Origin: Paraspadella gotoi
Lineage: Eukaryota > Animalia > Chaetognatha
Direction: 5' to 3'
Assembly (NCBI GenBank): GCA_051294375.1
Contig: CM119270.1
Span: forward strand, 2,842,343-2,906,342
Length of the DNA: 64,000 nucleotides
Each line of letters opens with the position of its first letter. Within the stretch, counting starts at the first letter, position 1. A program made the position numbers and the translations under genes. Positions 1 to 12,282 of this stretch are shown in pieces. Under the pieces are notes generated by a model that was not told the DNA's origin, ran no database searches, and saw only the letters and a list, made by a program, of their open reading frames with translations.

Positions 1-16
1 TCTCTCTCTCTTCTCT

Positions 17-75
<59 letters not shown>

Positions 76-129
76 GTCCTTCTTTTTGTTCCATCTAATT
101 TCCTCATTTTCCTCCCCTTTTTGTTCCTC

Positions 130-345
130 TATTTTCTTCCTTACCTCCCTTTTTCTCCTAACCTCCCTTTTTCCTACCCCCTCTCTTTTTCCTACCCTTC
201 TTTTCCTACCCCTCTCACTCTTTTCCTACCCCCTCGCCTTTCCTACCCCCTTCGTTTTCCTTACCCTCCTTTTTCTTACCCCATTTTTTTCCTTACCCCT
301 CCCTTTTTCCTACCCCCTCCCTTTTTCTTACCCCCTTTTTTCCTA
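130..345. repeat. Pyrimidine-rich minisatellite (~18-bp TTTTTCCTACCCCCTC.. unit)
   Basis: Repeated TTCCTACCCC/TTCTTACCCC cores separated by T runs. Confidence 0.75.
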
Positions 346-631
346 CCGCTCATCTCTCTCTCGAAATTAAAAATAAAATATGAGAGAAAAATTCACGAAA
401 CATAATTTTTCAATAAATAAAAATGAAAATAGTAAATAAACCATAATTTTTTTTTGCGAAGTTGAAAGGAGAGCTCATTTTTTGTTCCTCACTTTTAAAA
501 TCTTTCTCACTTGCACTGAATTTTCAAATAGCGTTTAATGCTACGGAGAATGGCCCGTGTTTAATTTCTCAATAAACTAACTGGTCGCTCTAACACCTAA
601 CATAATAAGTCTTGGATAACAAATAACAGAT

Positions 632-693
632 ATGAAACGGACGACCCTCATCTTTCCACTTGTTTATGTCACTTTCTTGATCGGTTTTCTAAC
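632..693 (+). CDS. Candidate signal-peptide exon MKRTTLIFPLVYVTFLIGFL(T)
   Basis: ATG at 632, basic N-region then a hydrophobic stretch, ending at a GTTAGT donor-like site (694). No homology evidence. Confidence 0.2.
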
Positions 694-1976
694 GTTAGTC
701 ATAAAAAATATTAATAAATATAATTTAATAATCGGGATACCATACGAGAAAATGTTTATTATTTAATCTTTCATGCAGCGTTGCCTAACGTTTATGTTAT
801 TCGCTTTATTTCCTTTATTGCNNNNNNNNNNNNNNNNNNNNNNNNNNNNNNNNNNNNNNNNNNNNNNNNNNNNNNNNNNNNNNNNNNNNNNNNNNNNNNN
901 NNNNNNNNNNNNNNNNNNNNNNNNNNNNNNNNNNNNNNNNNNNNNNNNNNNNNNNNNNNNNNNNNNNNNNNNNNNNNNNNNNNNNNNNNNNNNNNNNNAG
1001 AGAGAGAGAGAGAGAGAGAGAGAGGAATTGATTAATTCGATACATAACACCACGAGACGCCGACCTTAATTAATTTCGTGGAGAGGCTAAGCGACCTCTC
1101 TGTTCCTTCTCCCTCATTCTTCTCTTTCCTTTTTACTTCTCTTTCTCACCTCCTCTTTGATTTACTTCTCTTTTTCATCTCCTATTATTCTCTTCATTTC
1201 TTCTCTTCCTTTCTGCTTCTCTTTTCTCTTTCATCTTTGCTTTATTTTTTCTTTCTTACCTACTATTTCTTTCTTCTCATTTTTTCTCTTTCTCTTTTCT
1301 CCTCCTATTTTCTTCTTCTCTTTCTTCCTACCACATTCCTTTCCTCCCCCTTTCCTCCCCCTTCTATCCGCTTTCCTTCCATTCCTCATCCCTTTCTTCT
1401 TTCTTCTCCTTGCCTTTCCTCCCTTTCCTTTCCTCCCATTCCTCATCCCTTTCTTCTTTCCTCTCCTTTCCTTTCCTCCCTTTTCTCCTCACCCGTCCAC
1501 TGATCTCGCCTTCCAATCCATCTCAAATCGAACGTGCATCTGTCGCAAACTGAATCCCGCTCCTCTCCCCCTTCCTATTAGTAAGGCCTTACCTTGCTCC
1601 ATATCGACCCCCTTGTTCTCCCTTGTCCACCTTCTTATTCCATTGTTCAAAAGTCCACCTTCCATGTCCACCTTCTTATTCCATTGTCCAAAAGTCTACT
1701 TTCTTCGTCCCTATATCGTCCTATTCTTACAGTGATCAATACTTTTTGACCCCTGACCGTCACGACCCCTATCAGTCTCTTGGCCCTCATCCTCCGCCCC
1801 TCTTCGATCTAACTTACCCTCGAATCACTTACCCTCCTCTTCCTTTTCCCTTTAACCCTTCACCTTATTTGTCTCTTCTCGTCTTCCTCGACTTACCCGA
1901 AGGCGAACCTCACCTTCCTTTCGATTTCTGGATTCCATCGCGAGAGTCGAATCATTAATCTGCCGCATGGGCTAAA

Positions 1977-2275
1977 CGTCGGCCAAACCGTCGGCCAAAC
2001 CGTCGGCCAAACCGTCGGCCAAACCGTCGGCCAAACGCCGGTAAAATTGTTAGCCAATGTTGGCAAAACATTGGCCAAAGCCTTGAGCTGAACAAGTGGC
2101 CTAACTGCTAGCCAAACCATTGGTCAAACACCGGACAAACTGTCGGTCATACGTTGGTGAAACATTGGCCCATGCGTTGAGCTAATCAGTGGCCAAACTT
2201 CCGGCCAAACCGTCAGCCAAACGGTCTGCCTAACCGTCGGCCAAATTGTTGGGCTAACTGTTGGCCAAACCGTCC
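1977..2275. repeat. 12-bp tandem repeat GGCCAAACCGTC, degenerating rightwards
   Basis: About five near-perfect units at 1977-2036, then variants (GGCAAAACATT, AGCCAAACCATT, GGCCAAACTTCC). Confidence 0.9.
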
Positions 2276-2539
2276 GGATCTGATAGGATGCACTATGGAG
2301 TACTTTATAATTCGGTTTTGGTTGGGTTCGTCCCCGTAGACTGTCGCGGCAGCAGAGCAGAAGAAGAGATCGAGAGACTGACGATAGACGAGCATGAGAG
2401 GACGACGACGACAAGTAGAGAGATGACGAGAGAGAGAGCAAGAGCTGAGACGAGAGAGACGAAACGAGATCGAGGCCAGAATCTCGATAAGAGAGAATCG
2501 AGAAGAGCAGAGAGAGATGAATCGTGATACTATTTTCAA

Positions 2540-2970
2540 AACGATTTCGTCCTTGACGACAAAAAATAAGAAACTTTTAAGACGAAGATGACGATGAAGA
2601 TGAAGAAGAAAAAAGTCAAAAGGAAGAGAACGACGATGACGACGACGACGCGACGACGACGACTGAAAATCTCAACCAACGAACACAAAAAGCGACGACG
2701 ACGATGACGACGACAATGACGACGACAACGACCAAACAAAATCTCTTTTCTACCAAAAACAAAGAATTTTCCCCCCCCAAAAAAAACCGACGACGACAAC
2801 GACAACGACGATAAACTCGTTTCATCTACAACAACAACAACAAAAACATTGAAAACATCGTCTCGATAAAAAAACAATTCAGACGTTGAGAACAAAAGAG
2901 CAAAGAGGAAAACGACGACGACGACGACACGAAAAAAATATGACAACCACGAGGACAACAACAACGACGA
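2540..2970 (+). repeat. (GAC/GAT/AAC)n-rich tract, Asp/Glu-rich if read on +
   Basis: Runs of GACGAC, GAAGAT and ACAACA; one frame reads DEDDDEDEEEKSQKEENDDDDDD, but frames are broken. Confidence 0.6.
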
Positions 2971-5900
2971 TACTGTCTATCTTAATATCTTCCTTCCTTT
3001 TTCTTTTTGTTTCCTTTTTTTCTCTTCTTTTCAATTCCATATTTTTCTTTTTTCCTTACTTTCTTATTTCCCTCCCTTTTTCCTCTTTCATTTCCTCCTT
3101 CACTTTTTTCCTTCCTTTCTCCCTTTTCCCATTTTTCCCTTGTTAACCTTCCGTTCCTGTTCCCTTTTTCCTCCCTTTCCATTTTCTGACTCCATCTGTC
3201 CTTTCCCTTTTTCCTCCCTCTTCCTTTATATCTTTCCTTATTCCTCCCCTTTCCTTTTCTGACCCATTTCCTTTCCTTTTCCTCCCTTTCCTTTTATGTC
3301 TTTACCCTTTCCTCCCTTTCCTCCCGCCCTCCATTCAATTCTCTTTCCTCTGTTCTCTATTCCTCTTCCCACGAGGAGATGATGTTCTTTGCTGTTTTAT
3401 TAGCTTCTTCTCAATATCCCTTTCGCTCAAAGAAGCGACTCTGAATATCCAGCGCTCGGCGAGACGACACGTAAACTCCTAAACGGGCGACTGTCTGAAG
3501 AAACTAGGAGATATTCGAACATTTTTCAGTAGAATGTAGCAGCATGAAATACGGAATACACGTAGATGGATACAAATGCAATATATTCGATGAGAAGAAA
3601 GAATACGATATATTCAAGTGTACTTGGAGAAAGGAGAGGAAGAACCACGCGCAGAGATCGGGCACGCAGAAGAAAGTGACGTGCCAGAAGGGAAGGCAGT
3701 AGAGATGATCTTAATACGGAAACTAGAGAGAGCGGCAAGAAATGGGGCGGCGGGCAAGAGATCGAGCGCGGAGACGCTAGTTCGGCATAACTTAAGGTAG
3801 ATGGAAAGAGAAGAAACTAGACGAGAAGGAGAGACGAGCACGAGGCAATCGTGGAAAAGTATTAGCACAAAATCGAGTTTAGAGAGAGAGAGAGAGCGAA
3901 GAGAGAGATAGAAGTAAGCAGAGCTAGGAGAGATTGGATCAAAGAGAAGACGGAAAGCGGGATAAGAATCAGAGAGAGATGGAGGCAGGAAGAAGATAGA
4001 AGAGAGAGTTAAGTCTTCTCTAAATGGTTGTTTGAAGTTATCTGTATACTATGTCTTTGTCGGTTCGTCTATGTTAAATAGGATTCGTCACGCTTGATGA
4101 GGATTCCTTTCAAGAGAAATACTCCGTGCAGTGCGATAAGATTATTACAGGCCATGAATAAACAGCAGTAGTGGCGATTCTTTAGATACTTGCAGTGTTA
4201 ATGTTGAACAATAGTATGTGATCGAATGTGATGCTTCAAAGCACCTTAATATAATCCAGATCATGATCTGGTATATAGGTGTATAATAATAATATAATGT
4301 GAGGCGGGCTTTGTTAGATCAAGGTATCAAGTGAGAAAGTTGCGAAGAGAGAGCAAGATTAATAAGGTACTGATTAATCACTAGAAGTTTTATTTGACAG
4401 ATTGATATTTGGTAAAAAGAATTAGATACTTTGCGGTTTAAACACTCGCTCACTAGGATAAATGTAAAACGCTTACTATCGAGATACGAGGATATCTATG
4501 AGATGGTGCCTGCTGTCGTCAGATCAACTCTCATAGCTGAACAAACCGCTCGTAATCAACTTAGTGCGCGAACAAAGCATACATTGCCAGTAAACTCTCG
4601 ATATGAGAGGACAAGTTGGACAAATGCTATTGTGATGAAGAAACTTGGTTCATGAAAACTAATGTAATAATCCCTGATTGCTCTCTCTAGCATGTGAATA
4701 CGATAGCGCTGTGTTATTATTAGAGAATACTCTTAGCTTTCTAGTCTCAAGAAACTGTGTTTTTACCAGTTTTAATTGAGTATAAACACGATCACTTGAT
4801 TTTGTGAACCATGTAAACAGCGCTATAAGTAACGAGAATTAAGATCTGTATGAGCATGACTGCGAAGTTATATACAGACCTTATCTCTATCGAATACAAC
4901 TTTTAGAATATATTATTTGTGGCTAGTTAATTAATAATGCCCATTGAGTAACAGACTTTAGACTGTTCAACACATCACTTTACGCCTCTGTAATTCAATA
5001 GACACATAATTACTCTTTAGTATTCCAAGAGAGAAAATAAAAATTAAGATCCTCTATAGTGAATATATAACTAAATAGAGAGCCATTAGTTACTCAAAAA
5101 TTAACAGGCGATTTACTTGACTCTCTATACGGGACACCGGAGTGTACACAATCATCTACTCTTGAGGAATATCTCTGTTTCTTCGTCTGCAACAAGGCAG
5201 GCCTTCTGGCGACACAACTTATCCATGCGAGAAGGATAAAGCTACCCTTTCTATGTAGTGCTCTCGCTCGCCTCCGAGAATGAGACGGAGTGAGTGGAGA
5301 AGCGTGATACCAAAGAGGTGAACATATATCAGATCCGCACATCGTCTATCGATATGATTATATCGTCTTCATTCTCTCTTGTGGGGTCAATCTACGAATT
5401 GTTTCCTGCCTTCCCTCTGATCGCGTCTCTCTCCTCATGCGGCCCATATTCGTTCCTATATCAGACTCTAACCGTCAGACACCGCCTGCATCCTGCATAC
5501 AGCCACGTGTGACGTTCCTGCTGCTCCAGCTCCTCTAACTTTAGAGTAGTCTCTCTACTTCATTACCGGTCTACCTGGCACTACCTCTTATGTCACAATC
5601 CCTCTCTACCATCATATAACTACGCTCTCTCTTTCTCTCTCTGCTCGCTCCCGTCCCCTTCGTCTCTCGCCTCCGTGCCCTCGCTCCCTCTCTGTCTTCC
5701 GTCTGTGCTCCCGTCTCTCTCCTCTCTTCTTTTCCTCGGTTCTCCGCCGCTCTCCCGGTGTCTCTTTCTTACGACTTTGTCCGTGTATTATGTCTGTACT
5801 GAGATCTCAATGTTCACACTTCATAAAATACTCCCTTTATTTCACACTTTACATTAATATTCATTTTGTCACCTCTTTATTATTATTTTATCTTTCTAGA

Positions 5901-6959
5901 CCTCACATCAAGACTTTTTTCTTAGTGTATATATACTCGTTATGGAATTACGTGACTTTATTTTAGAATTTTATTTATTTTATCTACACTCGTATTTGTA
6001 TGCTCTATTGAATACTTTACATCTGTATTATATTGTCTATGTGTATTTCTGAGATTCTCAATATTATATTGCTATTATATTTATTTATTTATTTATTTAT
6101 TTTAAAAATCGTGGATACTTTCTCTACCTTACCTCATGATGTTACTCCCTCTGCTGTGTGATTCAAACTTCCACGTATGCTTCGCTACGCTCAAACAAAT
6201 TGCCCGACCCCATCATCTCACACTCTGCCACCCATAAAGTTTTACTCTTCTCAAAGCCTGAACCTCTCTCTTATATAAACTAAGATATAGAACATACCGC
6301 AATACGCATGCACATGCACGAATTACGTGCATACTGCTGCTCATCAATTGCAGTGTTAATGAGGGATCATAGTGCTCGCCATCCTACTACATTAAACACC
6401 TACGTCTCGTCTCGACCTAATATAACTCGTGAGTACCACTGGTATTTCGTGATACGTGACACCGAGAAATCTCTCTCTCTATNNNNNNNNNNNNNNNNNN
6501 NNNNNNNAAAGAAAGAAAGAAAGAAAGAAAGAAAGAAAAACAGAAGGGGAACCGAATCGTGAAAAGTTTTGACAAAATCGAGTTAAAGAGAGAAGAGTAA
6601 CAAGAGGAGAGATCAAAAGAGACGGAAAGGGGAAAGATCAAGGTTGAGCGAGAAGTCTTCACTGGTACTAGAGGATTCTGCAGGGAAGGAAGGATATGAG
6701 GAAGACGAGCATGAATAAGATGGGCTGTGAATGTGAATGTGAAAGTGAAAGTGGCAACTAAAAACAATTCGAAGAAAATAATAGCGGGGAGTCAAGGAAA
6801 AATGAGAGCGGAAAAGCGTTGTGGGAATGAATACAGAGAATACGTGTGGAAATGACTGCGGAAAAGGACTGACTAGGGATCGGGGCTCTGTAGAAGTGAC
6901 AGTGGAAACTGGAAAAAGCAAATGGAAACGAGAGAGCAAGTGGAAAAGATTGTAAAAAC

Positions 6960-7225
6960 TGGAAAAAACCTATCGAAACGACAGTTTAATCTGCAAAGAC
7001 CAGTGGAAACGACTGTAGAACCTGTAAAAAGCAAGTAGAAACGACTGTAGGAACTGGAAAAAGCCTATCGAAACAACTTTAGACATTGTGCATAAAAAGC
7101 CTGTGGAAACGACTGCAAAAATAGCCTGTGAAAACGACCGAAAAAAACTAGAAAAAAGCCTGTCAAAACGCCTGTTTAAACAGGGAAAATCTTCTGGAAA
7201 CGACTGCGGAACAAGCCTGTGAAAA
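6960..7225. repeat. Degenerate ~30-bp minisatellite (AAAAGCCTGTGGAAACGACTG core)
   Basis: GAAACGAC and AAAGCCTGT motifs recur about 8 times. Confidence 0.7.
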
Positions 7226-7263
7226 CTGTCCTTTTTTTCTCCATCCGCTTCCAAAATTCTCAC

Positions 7264-7382
7264 CCAACGACTCGATATGAAATGTCATTTGTGTCGATCG
7301 TTTTCTTCTCGAATGTTCCATCGCCTTCCAACACCAATCCAACGCCATCTCGCGCCGCCAATGGTTCCAAAGCCTCTTCCAT
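7264..7382 (-). CDS. Candidate first coding exon MEEALEPLAARDGVGLVLEGDGTFEKKTIDTNDISYRVV(G), product unknown
   Basis: ATG at 7382 with an upstream in-frame stop, 39 open codons of normal composition, GTGAGA donor at 7263, and an upstream (GGC)n tract and promoter-like motifs. Confidence 0.4.
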
Positions 7383-7410
7383 ATGTCAACCCTTCATAAA
7401 TGCTCCCTTT

Positions 7411-7412
<2 letters not shown>

Positions 7413-7463
<51 letters not shown>
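7413..7463. repeat. (GCC)n trinucleotide repeat in putative 5'UTR
   Basis: About 17 perfect GCC units. Confidence 0.9.
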
Positions 7464-7559
7464 TCGTCCGTATGTCGTGAGTCAAGCCCTCATAAAACCC
7501 TTTCCCTTTACTATAACTTGCCCTTTTTTTTTCTTCGCCCTCGACTTTCGGTGATGAAA

Positions 7560-7680
7560 CGAGGAGACGTGACTTTTCGTTGATCACGTGATGCGAATCA
7601 CGTTTGGTGAATCGATCAATGCGTGAATTTATACTGTGATGACGCGGCGAACGAGTTGCGACGAAAAATGGCGAACTACT
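7560..7680. promoter_or_regulatory. CpG-rich promoter-like region with E-box TCACGTGA and YY1-like AAAATGGCG
   Basis: TCACGTGA at 7584-7591, further CACGT/ACGTGA half sites, TGACG, and AAAATGGCG at 7665-7673. Confidence 0.4.
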
Positions 7681-8000
7681 TCACATAAAGTTTATTTTCA
7701 AAGATTATTATAACTAAGAATGAAAATACGACAGACGATATCAAAATTGTACATTCATTTAATAGACATGTTGTTATAAATTGTTCTAAATTGTTATAAA
7801 TCTATTTTTAAACCGGAATGTAAAGCCCTTCACTAAAAAGTCACTTCATTCTATCGACGAGAGAGATACTGACCTTTTCCTCTGAGAAAAACGAATAGGA
7901 TTCCATGGCATGGAATTCTCGCGATGCCTTACCAAAAGTGGGGCTTTCAAGGGTAAGTCCAGCGACTCGCCTTGGGTCATCGATTAAGAACTCTAATCAC

Positions 8001-8030
8001 GCCCGGCCTCGAACCCGCGACCCCTCGACC
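8001..8030 (-). repeat. tRNA-derived (SINE-like) B-box fragment
   Basis: Minus strand GGTCGCGGGTTCGAGGCC resembles a variable loop plus T-arm; no full cloverleaf. Confidence 0.35.
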
Positions 8031-8092
8031 CGTGGAATCCTCGAGACGTGGCCGAGGGGGGTTTTGTCGCTTTCTCTCGCCCGAGGGTCTTG

Positions 8093-8128
<36 letters not shown>

Positions 8129-8418
8129 ATTCTTTTCTCATCCTCCATGGTTGGCATTTTTTTAGCCAGAGCCCTTATCTTTCCTTACCCGTACCCCGGG
8201 AACGCTCTATATTGTGGTCAGTTTTTCTTCAAAGCTTTATCTGAGGTTAGAATTTACCATTTTAAAATTCTAAGAACTTTTTTCACGTTGGCTCGTTGAA
8301 CTCACCTTTTTCTGCCTTCCCTCATCTCAATTCTGCCACAATCTTCCCTCTACTACTTTACCTCACCCGATCCGAGTCCCCGTGACTCTGAAAAGACCCC
8401 GACCTTACCCTATAGCCA

Positions 8419-8526
<108 letters not shown>

Positions 8527-8680
8527 CCCTCTCCCCCTTTCTCCCTCCCGCCCGTAAGTCTATGCAAGTCACAACTTCCTCCCATTTCTTAATGCAGACG
8601 CAGGAAAGCAGAAACTCTATTTCCCTTCCCTTCTTGTATAAGGTTTAACCTAATCTTTGACACGACCAGAGAGAGAGAGC

Positions 8681-8719
<39 letters not shown>

Positions 8720-8785
8720 AGGAGGGGGAAGGAAAAATATTGGTAGTCTTTTTTTTTGTTCCTTTTTTTTTTCGAGGAAAAGAAG

Positions 8786-9038
8786 GGCCCCATTTTCCTA
8801 AATCGCCCATTTTCTGTTTCTTTTGGAAAACCTTTTATCATATCCTTAACTTAACCTTTAACCATGATCCTACTTGCATGATACCAGTTACTATAATCCT
8901 TAGCCCTAATAAGTAATCACTAAACCACATTTCCTCAGCAAATCCTTAAATTTAATCCATAATACGAATCTTTATCTACCAAATATTCTACTCTAAAAAC
9001 CAATCCAACGAAATTGGGCGCTTTTTAGAAAACATGGC
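8786..9038 (-). mobile_element. MITE-like element with ~28-bp TIRs and internal CCTTAA/CCCTAA tract
   Basis: GCCCCATTTTCCTAAATCGCCCATTTTC ... GAAATTGGGCGCTTTTTAGAAAACATGGC; related copies at 40102, 44001 and 56376. Confidence 0.55.
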
Positions 9039-9421
9039 AAAAAAGTTAGGTGGAGAAAGGTGGTTTTGGTCGCTTGGGTGGGATTTAAGAAATCGGACTG
9101 CAGTCGCCTGAATTGGTTGTTTCTAATCATTCCAATTGCTGCTGCTTCCAGGGTGTGATTTGATTTATTAGCGGGAAATAAAATGAGGGAAAAGAGCTAA
9201 GGATTAATTTGGAAGGAAGAAGTACGTGGAATAAGGAGAAAAAGAGAGAGAGAGCGAGGGATAAGGAGTGAAAAGTATGGAACAAAGAAAATAGAGAAAG
9301 AGGGGAAAAAAATTAGTATTAAGGAGAGCGAAAAAAAAGAAGCGAAAACAGTGATGGGGAAAAGGAGTAGAATTGAGAAAGTATTTGGGTACATAAGGCG
9401 CTAAGCGAACTGAAGACTTAC

Positions 9422-9530
9422 TGTCCGTATCTTCTGGGACCCCCTCGGCAGCGATGGAACGGCTCCTGGGCTTGGAACCAGGCTTGAGGGTTTTCCACGC
9501 CTTAGTGGCGGGGTAAACTTATTGCAATGT
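9422..9530 (-). other. Candidate exon or conserved motif paralogous to 55380-55650 and 60760-60975
   Basis: Bounded on - by CAG| and |GTAAGT; shares GCGATGGAACGG..CCT.GGCTTGGAAC.AGGC and GGGGT.AACTTATTGCAATG with the other loci. Confidence 0.45.
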
Positions 9531-9911
9531 CTGACTATATGAGTAGAAATTAGCAAAAATCGGGTTGTTAAGTTGTGCTAGAATTAAAAAGATAATAACA
9601 ATATTGGAGAACGCCACTAAATAAAGTAAAGATGTGGAGCAAAGGAATGTAACAAAGAAAGAGGAGCAGAGTAAGTGGAGCGAAAGAAAGTGTAGCAAAG
9701 AAGGTAGAGTCGATTACCAACCACGCCACAACTCTTTGGCGAAGCGAGAAACATTTATAAATGGGAGGAAAGAGACCGAGCATAAAAAGAGGGCAAAGAC
9801 TTTATGGGGCGTGACTCACCAGCGACTCACCCGGCCTGACCAAATATCGGGAGAGGCCGGCCTCCTTCTCCTTTATTTCTCTGGTTAGGATAACGAGGCC
9901 CTTTATTTCCG

Positions 9912-9954
9912 CTGATTGGATTTCTTAGATTGCTCAGACGGGTTGCTTGGCAAC
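9912..9954. promoter_or_regulatory. RFX X-box (GTTGCTTGGCAAC) with adjacent CCAAT box
   Basis: Near-palindromic X-box at 9942-9954, CTGATTGG at 9912-9919, and two GTGAGT donors on - at 9830 and 9819. Confidence 0.45.
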
Positions 9955-10487
9955 GGGGTCGATGGGTGAAGCGTCATTTTTCTTTGCGGAAAAAAAAAAC
10001 AAACAAAAACAATTTAGTAATCTTTTCTTTTTGGTAATATTTTTATCGGTATTAGTTCAATTTAGGTTTTCATTTAGCTTCATACCGCTTGCGGTCGGTC
10101 AGTCTAGTTGAGATAAAAGGACATCTCTTCAAACTACACATATTTCCTCTTTTTTCTTTTTTTTTTTTCGATTTTAAAGAAATTTCATTTAGGGTTAGGG
10201 TTACGGTTCATTCCAGAAAAAAAATATCTTGACGACAAAATATTTAATATTTAATATTTAATATTTAATTACGACGTCGTCGTCATGACGACGGAAGACA
10301 ACGAATGGTTTTTATGTTTTTATTATTTTGTTTAATGAAAAAAGAAAAGCTTAGCAGGACGCAAGAAATATTAGTTTTAAAAAAAAGGCACTTATTCGTC
10401 TTCCCTTTTGTCTTTTACGCCAGAAGAGGGACAGAGAGAGAGAGAGAGGAGAGGAGGAGAAGAGAGAGAAGAGAGAGAGAGAGAGAG

Positions 10488-10526
<39 letters not shown>

Positions 10527-11089
10527 AAAAGGGGAGGTTAATTTAAGAGAAAAGAAGCTTTTTTTTTGCTCTGTTCTGTGTTCGTAAGTTTATTTTAATT
10601 CTACTTTTTTTAGCTTTTGGAGCTTTTTTTTTTTGCTTTTTTTGCTTTTTCTTTCTGCTTTCACAAGCGGCTCATCAAGGAAAGCGCCACTTGCACTTCC
10701 TCTCCGCTTGATGTATGAGGTTTATGGAGAAGGAGGAGGAGGAGGAAGAAGAGGAGGAGAAGAGAGAGGAGGAAGAAGAAGAAGAAGAGATAGAAGGAAA
10801 AGGCAGACGCCGTGAAAACAATAAATGATACTCTCACTGTGAAGGTGGTGGATGAGAAAAGGTTGAACGTGAAAAATGGAGTCTGTGAACTGGTCAAAGA
10901 GGAGTGAGGAGGACGAGGAAGAGGGGGAGGAGAAAGAGGGGGAGGAAGAAGAAGATACTGGGCTGAGTAAAATGAATGGGGGAGAGATGAGAATGAGAGT
11001 TTCGCTTCTCCTCGCCTGTCGAGGTTTGTTAACGAACTAAAGTTTTGGCGAATAAGTAATCACTAATCAGCTGGAACAAACTTAGAGAA

Positions 11090-11155
11090 TCCAAGACGGG
11101 ATTCGAACCCGCGACCTTTTGCGTTCGTTTTCCAATGAACTGCGTTCCGGGATTT
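11090..11155 (-). repeat. tRNA-derived SINE head or tRNA pseudogene fragment
   Basis: Minus strand AGGTCGCGGGTTCGAATCCCGTCTTGGA is a clear T-arm/B-box; the 5' half is degenerate with no anticodon arm. Confidence 0.5.
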
Positions 11156-11619
11156 CGTCTTTCTTAGGCGTTTTCTGGTTGTATTTACAGCAGTGGAATG
11201 AGAGGAAAAGATATTCTGATCCAATATTGGAACTATTCAGAATCCGAAAGTTTGTTCAAATATGAGTGATACATTTTTAGAGTCGACTTTACTAATCTTA
11301 CAATCACTAAGGCGATTCTAAAGTGAAAAGAATTTACCACAAAAGTCTTTCTGCTTCATTTTCGTCTATCTAACCTAATTCTTGGACTTTTTAAAGCGAA
11401 GTCCACTAACGGTCTAAAGAAAATAATATATTTCATTGTGCAAATGAGTTCATCGTTAGCTTTACCATAAAAATTATCATTAAAGTTATCGGCAATTTCA
11501 TTTTTATTCTAAATTACTCTTTCCAAATTCACCAAGCCTAAAAATCGATGAAAAGTGATTTAAAATGTTTTTAGTTTCGGGAACCGTTTAACTTGGACCC
11601 ATCTTTGTCGGTGCCAAAG

Positions 11620-11779
11620 GGTGAGGAATGGCACTCCCCCCGCCTCCCATCCTATCACTCCCCCGCCCGCCCTTTGCCAAATCACCCCAGGGAGTGGCAC
11701 AGTTTCTGGGGCGGAGTTTCATCGAAACCCGACGGAAAATAAATGAGGCGAATCAAAGGCCACGCGTTTCGCCTTCGCG

Positions 11780-11810
<31 letters not shown>

Positions 11811-11970
11811 TTGCCGCCGCCGCCCCCAGCAGCCGCCGCTGCCGCTAATGACGACGCTGATTCTTCTCCTGCTGCCGCCGCCTTTGTTTTCCGGTCGCTG
11901 CTGGTGGTTCCGCGCATGCGCCTTAAAAAGGGCGGCGCTGAATGCGCGAATCGATTTGATCGGACGTGCG
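11620..11970. promoter_or_regulatory. CpG island with NRF1 motif, probable promoter/first exon
   Basis: GC-rich island in an AT-rich background; GCGCATGCGC at 11912-11921, TTCCGG, and (GCAGCC)n/(GCC)n tracts. Confidence 0.5.
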
Positions 11971-12175
11971 GAGATTACTGATGATGTATTTATAAAAAAT
12001 ATGACTTTACTTGTTGGCGAAAAATTTTGTAAAGAACTGAAAGGATTATGTTCAATAATTCGAAAATATGTAGTATTAGGCTTGATGTTTAGATAGTACA
12101 AAGTTACAAACTACAAAGTCTATATCTTTTCTCTAGACAATGCCATCTTTGAAATCGAGTGCTATTCGTGACCCC

Positions 12176-12282
<107 letters not shown>

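Noticed and set aside
1490-1960. Several minus-strand GTAAG/GTGAG donor-like sites
   Set aside because: Acceptors are poor, motifs arise easily in this pyrimidine-rich tract, and no coherent peptide results.
1977-2275. CRISPR-like array (also 49525-49830 and 55495-55605)
   Set aside because: Units are contiguous with no unique spacers, there are no cas genes, and the context is eukaryotic.
11090-11155. Functional tRNA gene
   Set aside because: Only the T-arm and 3' acceptor strand are recognisable; there is no D or anticodon arm.
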